Part shown: in pieces, positions 25,601-35,847 of the stretch
Position numbering within the stretch: the stretch's first letter is position 1
Layout of the letters: every line of letters begins with the position of its first letter
DNA from: Bacilli bacterium
Lineage (GTDB): Bacteria; Bacillota_I; Bacilli_A; RFN20; CAG-826
NCBI GenBank assembly: GCA_017447305.1
Contig: JAFSNY010000042.1
Span: 8,435 to 72,434 of the forward strand
Reading direction: 5' to 3'
DNA length: 64,000 bases
The notes under the pieces: model-generated
Told to the model about the DNA's origin: nothing
The model's database searches: none
What the model saw: only the letters and a program-made list of their open reading frames with translations
Program-made: the position numbers and the translations under genes

Positions 25601-28600
25601 TTAGAATAAGCAAATGTCATCGAAAACTAAGGCATTGGCGGAACCATTCCAGTTTGAGATATTGAAGTTATAGATTGCTCCATAATTGAATCCCATACAG
25701 CAATATGTCCAACCACCGGCTTTGGCAGTTAAGTTACCAATTTCTTGTGCACCACTTAAACCAGTGCTGTTGTAAACCCAAGTTCTTAAAGTGATGTCAT
25801 TTTCTGAAGAGTTATAAACCCAGAATCCGATGTTTTTATAAGCGGTTGCGGTTTCAAGATCATTAAGCATTGATAAGCCAACAACATTATTTGTTCCACC
25901 GTAAGGTCTAACACTCATAGCACCTGTTCCACCAACAAAGTTGGTTTCATCTCTCATGATTCTATCAGTATGATCTTCATTATTATCAACTGTCCAACCA
26001 GTAGAAGTTGTTCTGTAACGACGTTGGAATTGTTCTCTTAATTCATCGGTTGTTCCATCACAGTTGAAATAAACTGGGGCAGCACCAAGAGTTAAGGCAC
26101 CATTGTTTTCAAGGACAGCAGCGGCCGGGCCATCAACACCAACATTGACTAAAGCATTGGCATCTGGATCATAGGTAGCAGTTAAGTTACCATATCTAAC
26201 ATCTTCTAAATCGATGGTAACAAGACCAGTGGCTTTAGCGTAGGTATAAGTTGTTGTGAGTTTAACGGCATCGCCAATTCTGACGTATGCTTTTTCGTTT
26301 GCTAAAGCTAAGACAACGAAAGTATCTGCGCTTTCAATGTTAACGTGACCAGAGAAGTTTCCAACTGGGAGTGGGAGTTCTTCGACTGGTGGTTCTTCTC
26401 CGCCTTCAGCGGCTTTATAAACGATAGTAACGCTATAAACGGCTAAGTTGGAGCCATCACAGGCAAGGGTTGCGCTGGCTTTATCTCCTGCAATAGTCAT
26501 ATTCCCATCAGCAGGTTCTCCCCACCAGCTGCCAGTATAAACGGCATAATTTATAGTCGCGGAAACGATTTCGTATCCTTCTGCTAATGTAGCAGTAAGG
26601 GAAGCTGTACCAGAATTATAAAGTCTGATTTGGAATCCATAGTCATTGGATTTATAAATTTTTCCGGAGTTGCCATCTGTTGCAGAAACAGCAAGAGTAA
26701 CAACTTCATCAAGAGCTTTTGATGTGAATTTGACTGATCCGCCAGTGTAAGAAGCATCTGGATCAGCAATCATATCGACAGCAGCAAATGTAGCGGTAAC
26801 GTTTTCGCTTTCTCCACCGCCACTACCTTGTGGGATGATTGCGGTGATAACGCCTTTACCTTGGACGGTGCCATTATAGTCAGCACGGATTAATTTCATG
26901 GTGACGGAATCACCAATAGCAAGAGCGTTGGTTGCTTCAGTTGTAAGGAAGTCTTGTGGGTTTGTGAAGGCATAAGCACTTGCATTATCCCAAGCAAGAG
27001 CTGAAGCGGTCATGGTTGAACCATAGATGACTAAATCATTTTCGCCATCGGTTAAGACCATGTTACCATATTTATCTTTTGTTTCACCGTCTTTGAAGGA
27101 CTTAATTTCTGCAGTGACATTATAGGCTTTTGCAGCACTGTTTTCTAAAGCGATGAATTCAGCTAAGGTCTTGGTTGTAACGGCTGGTTCTGGGACTTTC
27201 CAAGCTTCACCAGCTTCAACGACTGTGACATCATCAGCGGTAAGAGCAAGTAAGTTTTCAGCTTGACCATGATAATTCTTAACAATGGTTGTAACTTCGA
27301 CTAAAGCGCCTTCTAATAATATGGCGAGTAAGTCTGCATCTTTAACATTGTAAAGTTCAAAGGCGTTGCTGTAATATTTCTTGCTTGAACCACCATGGGC
27401 ATCATCAGCAGAGGCTTGAACTAATTCTTCACCCTTAGTAGCGGTTAAGAAGAAGTTTGAGCCAGATTTAGCAGTGACGTAACCTTGGAATTTGTAGTAA
27501 TCGTAGGTATCGGCGCCATCAGCTAAAGCGGCGTTAACATCTAATACTTCAGCAAATGTTGCATCGATAGTTTGTCTAGCTTCTGGTTTGTTTCCTTCAC
27601 AAGAAACTAAAACGGCAGATTTGGTTTCATATTGGTTTGAACCATCATAGTAGGTGAATGCGCCATAAGCGACAACAGTACCACCAACCCAAATGTCATC
27701 ATCGGTTAATGGGGTATTGCTTGTATCTTTGAAGCATAAGTAGACTTCAAATTTTGCTCCACCTTCAGTGGCTGGTTGTAAATAGAATGAGACAGCACCA
27801 TCAGGTCTTGCGCCAGGTGCGTGATAGAATGATGAAACGACACCAGTGACATAGAATTTTTCAGTGGTGAATCCACCATTATCCTTTAGCCATGCGCCTG
27901 CTTTAAGAGCATCTTCGTTGGTGAATGGATCATCAGCGGTACCTTCATGATCAGTACCAAATTTTTCTTTGTTTGTTACTTTTGCGGTAATTTCAACATC
28001 GACAAAGTCGGTGGCATCATGGTAAGAAACAGTGATTGTCGCTGTACCAGCACCAACGGCGTGGACGTTTTTACCTATAATGGTAGCGACATCTTCATCA
28101 CTTGATTCGAAGGTGATTTCGCCATCATTAATAAGTTTTGTAATGTTTCCGGCTGGTTCGATTTCGAGAGATAAAGCACGGTCAGCATCGCCAACCACCC
28201 ATTCAGCTCTCATATCATCTTTATTCTTAATGGTGATGGAATAATCGATAGCTGGTTCAGATTCTTCTTCGGAGCCTGGTAATTCGGACTCTTCTTCGGA
28301 AACTGGTAATTCAGAGCCTGGTTCACTTTCAGGTGGTAAAACTTCACTACCTTCGGAGACTGGTAATTCTTCACTACCTGGTCCAAGTTCAGATTCAGGT
28401 GGTAATTCTTCACTACCCTGTTCTGAGACTGGTAATTCAGAGCCTGGTTCACTAACTGGTTCTTCAGATGGAACGAGAGATTCTTCTTCAGATTCTGCTT
28501 CAGATGGAACGAGAGATTCTTCTTCGGACTCTGCTTCAGATGGAACGAGAGATTCTTCTTCGCTTTCTTCTTCAGAAACTGGAGCAGGAATGCTTTCTTC

Positions 28601-28732
28601 TTCTGAAGGTTCAACGATTGATGAATCTTGTTCGGATGTCTGACTTTCTGATGGTGTCACTTTTTTCTTACCACAGCCGACAAGTGTTAGTAAGCACACC
28701 AATGAAAGAGGCAATAATAATCCTTTTTTCAT
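25601..28732 (-). CDS. Large surface lipoprotein (1043 aa) with an acidic repeat linker and Ig-like/beta-rich domains; adhesin-like, function unknown
   Basis: Lipobox LVGC↓G. An (EEESLVPSEAES)n linker is followed by a Big_2-like segment. The protein is Thr/Gly/Ala-rich and has no catalytic motifs. Confidence 0.6.
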   Translation of the reverse strand: MKKGLLLPLSLVCLLTLVGCGKKKVTPSESQTSEQDSSIVEPSEEESIPAPVSEEESEEESLVPSEAESEEESLVPSEAESEEESLVPSEEPVSEPGSELPVSEQGSEELPPESELGPGSEELPVSEGSEVLPPESEPGSELPVSEEESELPGSEEESEPAIDYSITIKNKDDMRAEWVVGDADRALSLEIEPAGNITKLINDGEITFESSDEDVATIIGKNVHAVGAGTATITVSYHDATDFVDVEITAKVTNKEKFGTDHEGTADDPFTNEDALKAGAWLKDNGGFTTEKFYVTGVVSSFYHAPGARPDGAVSFYLQPATEGGAKFEVYLCFKDTSNTPLTDDDIWVGGTVVAYGAFTYYDGSNQYETKSAVLVSCEGNKPEARQTIDATFAEVLDVNAALADGADTYDYYKFQGYVTAKSGSNFFLTATKGEELVQASADDAHGGSSKKYYSNAFELYNVKDADLLAILLEGALVEVTTIVKNYHGQAENLLALTADDVTVVEAGEAWKVPEPAVTTKTLAEFIALENSAAKAYNVTAEIKSFKDGETKDKYGNMVLTDGENDLVIYGSTMTASALAWDNASAYAFTNPQDFLTTEATNALAIGDSVTMKLIRADYNGTVQGKGVITAIIPQGSGGGESENVTATFAAVDMIADPDASYTGGSVKFTSKALDEVVTLAVSATDGNSGKIYKSNDYGFQIRLYNSGTASLTATLAEGYEIVSATINYAVYTGSWWGEPADGNMTIAGDKASATLACDGSNLAVYSVTIVYKAAEGGEEPPVEELPLPVGNFSGHVNIESADTFVVLALANEKAYVRIGDAVKLTTTYTYAKATGLVTIDLEDVRYGNLTATYDPDANALVNVGVDGPAAAVLENNGALTLGAAPVYFNCDGTTDELREQFQRRYRTTSTGWTVDNNEDHTDRIMRDETNFVGGTGAMSVRPYGGTNNVVGLSMLNDLETATAYKNIGFWVYNSSENDITLRTWVYNSTGLSGAQEIGNLTAKAGGWTYCCMGFNYGAIYNFNISNWNGSANALVFDDICLF
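28463..28565. repeat. 36-bp tandem repeat of about 2.8 copies within the lipoprotein linker; the same ~45-nt block recurs in the lipoprotein gene at 30650-30700
   Basis: The unit TTCAGATGGAACGAGAGATTCTTCTTC(A/G)GA(T/C)TCTGC is repeated head to tail and encodes VPSEAESEEESL. Confidence 0.6.
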
Positions 28733-28789
28733 AACTTCCTCCTTTTTTTAAAGATTATTTAAATGGATTATTTAACGATCTTGCATTCA

Positions 28790-29275
28790 TTACTGAACGA
28801 AAGTGTCGTTATTTATATCTTTTAGTAAATTGGTGTATTCAATCTTTCTTTTCGCCCCGAGAATGACGTGAATAGTGCCAAATACTAATAGGATAACAGA
28901 GATAGATGTTAGGATCACAAAGACCCAAAATTCTGGGGAGGTAAAGCTAATTGCTCTACCACCACCGGATTCTTTAAGTTTGTTTGATAAGGTAAGGAAG
29001 ATAATAGCGATTGTTAAAAGAATGAGAGCAATGGAGAGAAAACTCATTCCCATCGCAGTATGATTTCTTCCTCTTTGTAATTCAGCGTGGCACGCTCTAG
29101 AAAGGGACTTTTTATCTTCAACTGTGCTTCCATGACGAATTAAATATCCACATCTAGGACAAATGTATTCGACTGTAGTGTCGCAGTTGACATCTTCTAA
29201 ATAATCTCTTTTAGAAGGTTTTTTGTTTTCTAGTTTCTTTTCATTAAGCTTATAGCCACAGTGATAACAAAACAT
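28790..29275 (-). CDS. Zinc-ribbon membrane protein
   Basis: Two CxxC pairs (CYHC...CPRC) at the N-terminus, followed by two transmembrane helices. Confidence 0.5.
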   Translation of the reverse strand: MFCYHCGYKLNEKKLENKKPSKRDYLEDVNCDTTVEYICPRCGYLIRHGSTVEDKKSLSRACHAELQRGRNHTAMGMSFLSIALILLTIAIIFLTLSNKLKESGGGRAISFTSPEFWVFVILTSISVILLVFGTIHVILGAKRKIEYTNLLKDINNDTFVQ

Positions 29276-29292
29276 AATTATTTCTCCATTTA

Positions 29293-31110
29293 TTATTCGT
29301 TAACCCATACTAAGTCACTAACTGAGTTAAAGACGATTTGATATGAGGTTTTACCTGAAGTGCCGGTGTAATATGTGTAAACACCTTGTAACAAGAATTG
29401 TTTATTCAAGAAGTCTTCTTCAGTTTTCCAATAATATTGTGGACGGTCAGGATCTCCAGCATAGTTAAAGGTAATGTATGCTTGGAATGAACAATTCTTA
29501 AAGGAAAGGGTAATTTCCTTGTTGTCAGTACTGATATAGAATCTTGAGACAGTAACTGGTTCAGTAACCCTAACTGCACAGTTAAGACATTCAAATGTCA
29601 ATTCATTGGTTACAGTTGTTAATTCTTGAGGAGTGTATTCAAGATAACGAAGTTGATGATCATCGATATTCTCAGCAGCTTTTAATAAGATAATCGCATC
29701 ATCATCTTCTCTTAAAGATGTAACAGATGGGAAGTGACCTTCAGCACCGGTAATTTGGAAGCCAAATTCTTCGGAGTGGACCGCGGTGGCGAAGATGCAA
29801 AGGTAAGTATTAATCGCGGTGTATTTGGATGGAACTGAGGACATGCCACAGAATACGTTAATTGATGCGCATTCATATCCACCAGGAACATTACCGCCAC
29901 TTTCTTCATCATAGAAGTCTTCGAGGTACATCGTTCCGTTAGAATATCCAGCGACAGTACCAGTGATACAAACTTTCTTAAAGTCGTAATCGGAATGGTA
30001 TGTTGGATCTTCTAATGTTTTAATTGTTTCTCTCTTAAGATCGAGAATGGTCACAACTTCAAAGTCACCTTTTGGGAAAGTTGGATCATCTTCACCGGAG
30101 AAAAGATTTAATTTAAACGCTTTAGCTTGAGATTCAGCGGCGTAGAAGACACTTTTATATTCGGGGATGTCTTCAACGTTCTTAACCCAGCTAAATCCTT
30201 CTTGGACAATATATAAATTAAGGAGAATTAAAGAGTCGTATGATGCGTTTTGTTCTGTCTCGTTAATCCAAATTAATGAGACATATCTTTCTCCTGTGGA
30301 ATCTGGAATTGGGGTTCCATATCCATCTCTCGCTGTTGAAACGACGATCGTTCCATTTTCAGCGGCATTTTGAAGATGTTGTTTGGTGAAATTAGAGGCT
30401 GGTTTTCCATATGGTTGGATACGTCCGGTAGATTCTGGAGTATCAATACCATAGAAACGAGACTTAATTGCTTGTCTTGAAGTTGTTTGAACAACTGGAT
30501 AGAAGTGAGCAGTATCTCCGTCAATACATGATTTAAGAGTTACCTCGCCAATACCATCAGTGTAGAAATCATGATCTTTATAATCATATTTAAGTTTTAC
30601 TTCACCATCGTGAGCGTAATCGATGAATTCTGCTTCTTCTTCGCTTGGGAGAACGCTTTCTTCTTCAGATTCTGCTTCAGATGGAACGAGAGATTCTTCT
30701 TCACTCTCTTCAGCAGGAGCACTCTCTTCTTCGGAAGGCAAAACTGATTCTTCTTCGGAAGGAAGGACGCTTTCTTCTTCGCTTGAAAGAACTGGCTCTT
30801 CTTCACTAACAGGAGCTTCTTCGGATTGATCTCCTGGGATTGTTCCTGTTTCTTCTTCGGACAAAGATTCTTCTGCTGGAATGCTTTCTTCTTCGGATTC
30901 CAATGGAAGTGATTCTTCTTCGCTAGGAATTAAAGATTCTTCTTCAGATTCAGCTGGAAGAGATTCTTCAGGAAGACTTTCATCGCTTGAGATGATGGTT
31001 GAGGAATCTTCTTTTGATTCAGTAGATGCAGAGTCTCCTCCCTTAGTGCACGCACTAAGGAGTAATAGAGGCAAAATCAATAAAGGTAAAATTCTTTTCT
31101 TCATGTTCAT
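29293..31110 (-). CDS. Surface lipoprotein with a staphylococcal-nuclease (SNase/thermonuclease)-like domain
   Basis: Lipobox LLSAC↓T and an acidic linker. The catalytic region has the SNase motif DGDTAHF...RFYGIDTPE. Confidence 0.7.
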   Translation of the reverse strand: MNMKKRILPLLILPLLLLSACTKGGDSASTESKEDSSTIISSDESLPEESLPAESEEESLIPSEEESLPLESEEESIPAEESLSEEETGTIPGDQSEEAPVSEEEPVLSSEEESVLPSEEESVLPSEEESAPAEESEEESLVPSEAESEEESVLPSEEEAEFIDYAHDGEVKLKYDYKDHDFYTDGIGEVTLKSCIDGDTAHFYPVVQTTSRQAIKSRFYGIDTPESTGRIQPYGKPASNFTKQHLQNAAENGTIVVSTARDGYGTPIPDSTGERYVSLIWINETEQNASYDSLILLNLYIVQEGFSWVKNVEDIPEYKSVFYAAESQAKAFKLNLFSGEDDPTFPKGDFEVVTILDLKRETIKTLEDPTYHSDYDFKKVCITGTVAGYSNGTMYLEDFYDEESGGNVPGGYECASINVFCGMSSVPSKYTAINTYLCIFATAVHSEEFGFQITGAEGHFPSVTSLREDDDAIILLKAAENIDDHQLRYLEYTPQELTTVTNELTFECLNCAVRVTEPVTVSRFYISTDNKEITLSFKNCSFQAYITFNYAGDPDRPQYYWKTEEDFLNKQFLLQGVYTYYTGTSGKTSYQIVFNSVSDLVWVNE

Positions 31111-31116
31111 CCTCCT

Positions 31117-32886
31117 TTATTTGATTTCCAGTTTTGTCGTGTTAATTGCGTTAGCAAATGCTTGATCGATAGAGGCCTTATTAGTAAGAACTGAGGAGAT
31201 GATGGCACCAACATTGGTTCTTAAGGCAGCGCTACCTTTGAAACATTTAGTGGTAAGGTAGTTACCATCGATGTCATTTAATAAGACGCTAGCGGTTTCG
31301 GCGTATAATTCACCTTCTTCGCTGAATTCAGCGTAAACTTCGGTTTCATAACAAGATTCTCTAACAGGGACATAACCTTGGGAACCTGTAATGCACATTT
31401 CAACGTTAACTTGAGTTGAAGTGAGGTATTTAAGAAGTTTGAATCCGTAGAGAGTTGCTAAATCATTTTCTGCTTTAGTAAGCTCTGGACGGTTAAGAAG
31501 GGTTAAGGATGGTCCTTGAGAGACATAGAGTGGGTTGTCGTTTGATGCAGGAACAGCGCAGATGGCGGTTTCGAATTCACCAAATGCTGGGAAGGTGTAA
31601 CCTGCACCACCACTTGAACCGATAGTGAATAAACATTTGCCGGATTGGAAGGCATTGGAGGCATATTCACCTTCAGTACCTTTAGTGGTTAAGACACCAT
31701 AATCATGAGCGTCTTTTAAGGATTGAACGAAATCTTTAGCTTCGGATAAATCTGGATCATTTTCAAATCCGATATATCCTTTTCCGTTACTATCGATTCC
31801 AGAATAACTGATTTCATTTTGTAAAAGTTTAGAGATGAATAAGTTACTATCTGAATCGTAATAAATTGGATATTCAAGAGTGTTAGAAACTTCAGCTTTG
31901 TTATCGACCGCCGCTTTACCTAATTCGATTAATTCATCCCAGGTCATATTGGCGATGGTTTCTTTAACTTTTCCATCAGGGACTTCTGGGCGATAGAATT
32001 TCATCGCTCTTTTTGCAGCATCAAGGTTATAAATCATAACTTCGGATGATTTCATGAATGGCATTAAATACATACCTTCACGGCTGAATTCAAAACCTTC
32101 TTGATAGAATGCTTCGATAAAGTCTGAGGCAGAACCATCACCAAGATAAGCTTCTTTACCAAATCCATAAGTATTACTCTCAATGTATTTGTTCATGTTG
32201 ACAACATATTTTCCTGGAGTGTCTTCAAGATAAAGGTATTCGGCAACGTGATCTGGATAAGCGACAGCGATGGTTGGTGAATCACCACCAGAGAAGCCTA
32301 ATGTCACCTTGTTGACCATATCAGTGTATGCACCTTGGTATGAAAGTTCAACATTGACATCAACGCCTTCGTTGTCTTTGACTAATTTTTCGAATTTTTC
32401 AACTCTCTTTTCAAGAGCGGTTTCTACTTTATCACCAAAAGTGTGCCAGAAACGAACAGTAACTGCTCCGCTTGGCGCAGGTGTATCTTCACTAGATTCT
32501 TCTGCTGGAACTGATTCTTCCTTAGATTCTTCAGCTGGTTCAGATTCTTCTGCAGGAACACTCTCCTCTTTAGATTCTTCAGTAGGAACGCTTTCTTCTT
32601 CTGATTCTTCAGCTGGGATGGATTCTTCTTCACTAACTGGAGCTTCTTCAGAAGATTCTTCAACTGGAAGAGATTCTTCTACGCTTTCTTCGACTGATTC
32701 TTCAGCTGGGATACTTTCTTCTGGCTCGCTACTTTCTTCGACAGGAATGCTCTCTTCAGATACTGGAGTAGGAACGCTTTCTTCTGAAGCAGGTGTGGAT
32801 GAAGATTCGCTTGGTTTCTTTCCACCACCACAAGCAGCAAGAGTTAGAGATAAAGCAAGAAGTGTGGTTAATCTTAATAATTTCAT
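31117..32886 (-). CDS. ABC transporter substrate-binding lipoprotein (carbohydrate/family-1 substrate-binding type) with an acidic linker
   Basis: Lipobox LAAC↓G. A PSESSSTPASEES... linker is followed by a substrate-binding domain of about 400 aa. Confidence 0.75.
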   Translation of the reverse strand: MKLLRLTTLLALSLTLAACGGGKKPSESSSTPASEESVPTPVSEESIPVEESSEPEESIPAEESVEESVEESLPVEESSEEAPVSEEESIPAEESEEESVPTEESKEESVPAEESEPAEESKEESVPAEESSEDTPAPSGAVTVRFWHTFGDKVETALEKRVEKFEKLVKDNEGVDVNVELSYQGAYTDMVNKVTLGFSGGDSPTIAVAYPDHVAEYLYLEDTPGKYVVNMNKYIESNTYGFGKEAYLGDGSASDFIEAFYQEGFEFSREGMYLMPFMKSSEVMIYNLDAAKRAMKFYRPEVPDGKVKETIANMTWDELIELGKAAVDNKAEVSNTLEYPIYYDSDSNLFISKLLQNEISYSGIDSNGKGYIGFENDPDLSEAKDFVQSLKDAHDYGVLTTKGTEGEYASNAFQSGKCLFTIGSSGGAGYTFPAFGEFETAICAVPASNDNPLYVSQGPSLTLLNRPELTKAENDLATLYGFKLLKYLTSTQVNVEMCITGSQGYVPVRESCYETEVYAEFSEEGELYAETASVLLNDIDGNYLTTKCFKGSAALRTNVGAIISSVLTNKASIDQAFANAINTTKLEIK

Positions 32887-32938
32887 AGGATTACCTCCTT
32901 ATTTTTGTAAATAGATAATGTTGCTAAGTTTTATTTCA

Positions 32939-34789
32939 CTATGAATCCATGACTAATCTGACATTGTTATAGGCAAGGGCAAATGTGTCTTCAATGAATT
33001 TATCAGTGATGTTCTTTTCAAGTAAGCAGTTAGTTAAGAGAGCACCACATTGTGAACGGCTGGTGGATGATCCTTTGAATGCTGGGTTGATGTATAAACC
33101 ATCAAGAATGTCTAATGAATATAAAGCATTTCTTGCAGTTAATGTTTCTAAATCTAATGGTCCAGCTTCTTCAGTGTATTCAGCATAAGCTTCGGTTTCG
33201 AAGGCTGATTCTCTAACTGGAGTGTATCCGGTACCAACGGCCCATTTAATCGCATTATCGGTATTGGTCATATATTTGTAGAATAACCAAGAAGCGAGTT
33301 TACGGAGTTGACCAGCTTCATCTTTACCATGATCAAGAACACAGATGCCAGGACCTTGGGAGATGATTTGATCATCGTGATCCTCGGCTTGAGGAATCTT
33401 GGCAACACCAACTTCCCAGTTGTTGGATTCATCATATTGATATTTAATACCACCGGTGGAACCGACAGAGAATAAGACGTTTTGTTGTGTGAATAAGGTA
33501 TTAACATAACTATTGTCGTTGGTGGATTTGGTTAATAAGTAACCTTTTTGATAGGCATCATTGAATACCTTCATGAGGTCTTTCATATCATCATTGTTCC
33601 AGAGAAGTTCGCCTTCACCGGTGATTTGGTTGACATCGGTGTAACCATATTCATATTGCATAGCAAGAGTGATGAATAAATTATCATCGGCGTCATAACC
33701 AAAGACTGCGTGGTGAGCTTGGTCAGTTTTAACGAGTTTTTCACCTTCTGGTAAATCTTTATCATGTTCAACGATAGCTGGGGCTAATTTTCCAAATAAT
33801 TCTTCCCAGGTAAGGTTATTGAGATAAGTTTCAGTAAGGGCTCTACCATTATTGATGGTTGGATCGATACTTGATAAGTCAAGTCCGACTAAGACGGTCT
33901 TATTGTAGTACATACCTTCCGCGGATTTAGCGAATGGTAAGGAATATGTACCTTCCATTGGATAGGCTTGGCCTTCTTCTAAGAATGCATCGACGATGTC
34001 ATCCTTTTCAGCTTTGGTCCATCCATAATCTTTATTATCCATATAGGAATCGAGTTGAACGACTTTATTGTAGTCCATATAATCGACAACATGGTCTGGA
34101 TAACAAATGGTTAAATCTGGATATTCTCCAGTGGAGAAGTCACTGATGTTTTGCTGTCTAATTCCATCGTAACCGCCGCCTGGATTATAAAGTTCAACGG
34201 TGACGTGTGGTTCAAGTTTCTTGAATCCACTGATGAATGATTCAAGTAATGGAACGTAAGAGAAGGTGTGACCAAATTTGATGGTGACATCCTTTTTGAT
34301 GATGGAACCACTATCATCATAAGATTCTTCCTCTTCTTCGCTTGATTCTTCAGCAGGAACGCTTTCTTCTTCACTTGGAAGGGCTGGTTCTTCTTCGCTT
34401 TCTTCAGCAGGAACGCTTTCTTCTTCAGAGACTGGAGCTTCTTCGGAAGCATGTTCTTCTTCTGATGCATCTCCTGGGACCTTCTCTTCGGAAGATTCTT
34501 CAGCAGGGATACTTTCTTCTGCTGGAACTGATTCTTCTTCAGATTCTTCAGCAGGGATACTTTCTTCTTCGGACTCAACTGGTTCTTCGGAAGATTCTTC
34601 GACTGGGGTACTTTCTTCTGGTTCGCTGCTTTCTTCTACAGGAACGCTTTCTTCAGATACTGGAGCAGGAATGCTCTCTTCTGAAGCAGGTGTTGATGAG
34701 GATTCGCTTGGTTTACTTCCACCCCCACAGGAAGAAAGAGCAAGCATACTCATCACTGATAAGATTGTGAGTAATTTGACTTTTTTCAT
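32939..34789 (-). CDS. Second paralogous ABC substrate-binding lipoprotein
   Basis: Lipobox LSSC↓G. Its linker is nearly identical to that of the upstream substrate-binding gene. It lies directly upstream of the permease genes. Confidence 0.75.
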   Translation of the reverse strand: MKKVKLLTILSVMSMLALSSCGGGSKPSESSSTPASEESIPAPVSEESVPVEESSEPEESTPVEESSEEPVESEEESIPAEESEEESVPAEESIPAEESSEEKVPGDASEEEHASEEAPVSEEESVPAEESEEEPALPSEEESVPAEESSEEEEESYDDSGSIIKKDVTIKFGHTFSYVPLLESFISGFKKLEPHVTVELYNPGGGYDGIRQQNISDFSTGEYPDLTICYPDHVVDYMDYNKVVQLDSYMDNKDYGWTKAEKDDIVDAFLEEGQAYPMEGTYSLPFAKSAEGMYYNKTVLVGLDLSSIDPTINNGRALTETYLNNLTWEELFGKLAPAIVEHDKDLPEGEKLVKTDQAHHAVFGYDADDNLFITLAMQYEYGYTDVNQITGEGELLWNNDDMKDLMKVFNDAYQKGYLLTKSTNDNSYVNTLFTQQNVLFSVGSTGGIKYQYDESNNWEVGVAKIPQAEDHDDQIISQGPGICVLDHGKDEAGQLRKLASWLFYKYMTNTDNAIKWAVGTGYTPVRESAFETEAYAEYTEEAGPLDLETLTARNALYSLDILDGLYINPAFKGSSTSRSQCGALLTNCLLEKNITDKFIEDTFALAYNNVRLVMDS

Positions 34790-34846
34790 AAAACTCTCCT
34801 TTTGATTTTATATTTAAACGTTTCAATAAACGATTAAATCGATTGT

Positions 34847-35842
34847 TTAGCCCTTAATACCAGCTCTTCCAACACCTTTCATGATGTATTTACGGAAGAA
34901 GATGAATAAGAGGAATAATGGGACGGTAACACAAACGGATGCGGCCATTTGGAAACCATATTCGACTTGTCCTGTATCGATGTCTTGGAAGGCACTACCA
35001 CGTAATCCGTTTGAGATGAGTCTGAAGTCATCGTTCTTGGTAACGAGTTGTGGCCAGACATAGGAGTTCCAAGTTCCCATGAATTTTAAGATGGTGACAG
35101 AGATAAGTGTAGGTGCGGCAAGTGGGACCATGACTTTCCAGAGGAAGGCCCAGTCACTCTTACCATCCACTTTCGCGGCAAGATATAGTTCATTAGGAAT
35201 TTGTTTGAAGTTTTGTCTTAATAAATAAATATGGAAGACAGAAACGACAAATGGAACAATCATACAGAGATATGCTTCAAGTCTTGTTTGATCAGAGATC
35301 CAACCAAAGGCTGAAACAGTTAAGTAGTTAGAGATAACCATCATTTCACCAGGAATCATCATGGTCATGAGGAAGATCGCAAAGACGGCATCTCTTCCTT
35401 TGAACTGTAATCTTGCAAATGCAAACGCTGCAAAGATTGTGGTTAATAATGTTCCAGCAGTTGAGAAGATGGCAACGATAATGGTGTTGAACATATATCC
35501 AGTGAAATCAAAGACACTGAAGACATATGAATAGTTCGACCACATAACGATATTCGGGAAGAATGTTTGATTTGTGGCAATGATTTCTGTTCTTTGTTTT
35601 AAGGAAGTAATAATCATCCAATAGAACGGGAATAAGACGGTTAAAGCAAGAACGAGAATGAATAAATATGTGAGGATAGTTGTGACGATTTTCGCCACTT
35701 TTTCTGTCGACTTAATAGCATCGACGGTTTTACCTGCTTCTTCGATGCTTAAGACGATGTTAGGATTGACGCGAACCTTTTTAAAGTTGATATATTTTTT
35801 AGGTTCTAGGGTTTCAGTTAAGACTTCTTCGGCCATACTCAA
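34847..35842 (-). CDS. Carbohydrate ABC transporter permease (MalG-like)
   Basis: Six transmembrane helices and an EAA-like loop (LYLAAKVDGKS). Confidence 0.85.
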   Translation of the reverse strand: MSMAEEVLTETLEPKKYINFKKVRVNPNIVLSIEEAGKTVDAIKSTEKVAKIVTTILTYLFILVLALTVLFPFYWMIITSLKQRTEIIATNQTFFPNIVMWSNYSYVFSVFDFTGYMFNTIIVAIFSTAGTLLTTIFAAFAFARLQFKGRDAVFAIFLMTMMIPGEMMVISNYLTVSAFGWISDQTRLEAYLCMIVPFVVSVFHIYLLRQNFKQIPNELYLAAKVDGKSDWAFLWKVMVPLAAPTLISVTILKFMGTWNSYVWPQLVTKNDDFRLISNGLRGSAFQDIDTGQVEYGFQMAASVCVTVPLFLLFIFFRKYIMKGVGRAGIKG

Positions 35843-35847
35843 TCCTC

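Noticed and set aside
28210-28734. Overlapping 134-aa (-) and 88-aa (+) ORFs with repeated motifs
   Set aside because: These are alternative-frame translations of the 36-bp tandem repeat inside the large lipoprotein gene.
32270-32914. 214-aa Ser/Asp-rich plus-strand ORF overlapping the substrate-binding gene linker
   Set aside because: Same antisense artefact of the acidic SEEES repeat region.
25601-34789. Considered whether the recurring ~36-45-nt repeat blocks could be a CRISPR array
   Set aside because: The repeats lie inside long ORFs and encode acidic linker peptides. There are no unique spacers of regular size and no cas genes.
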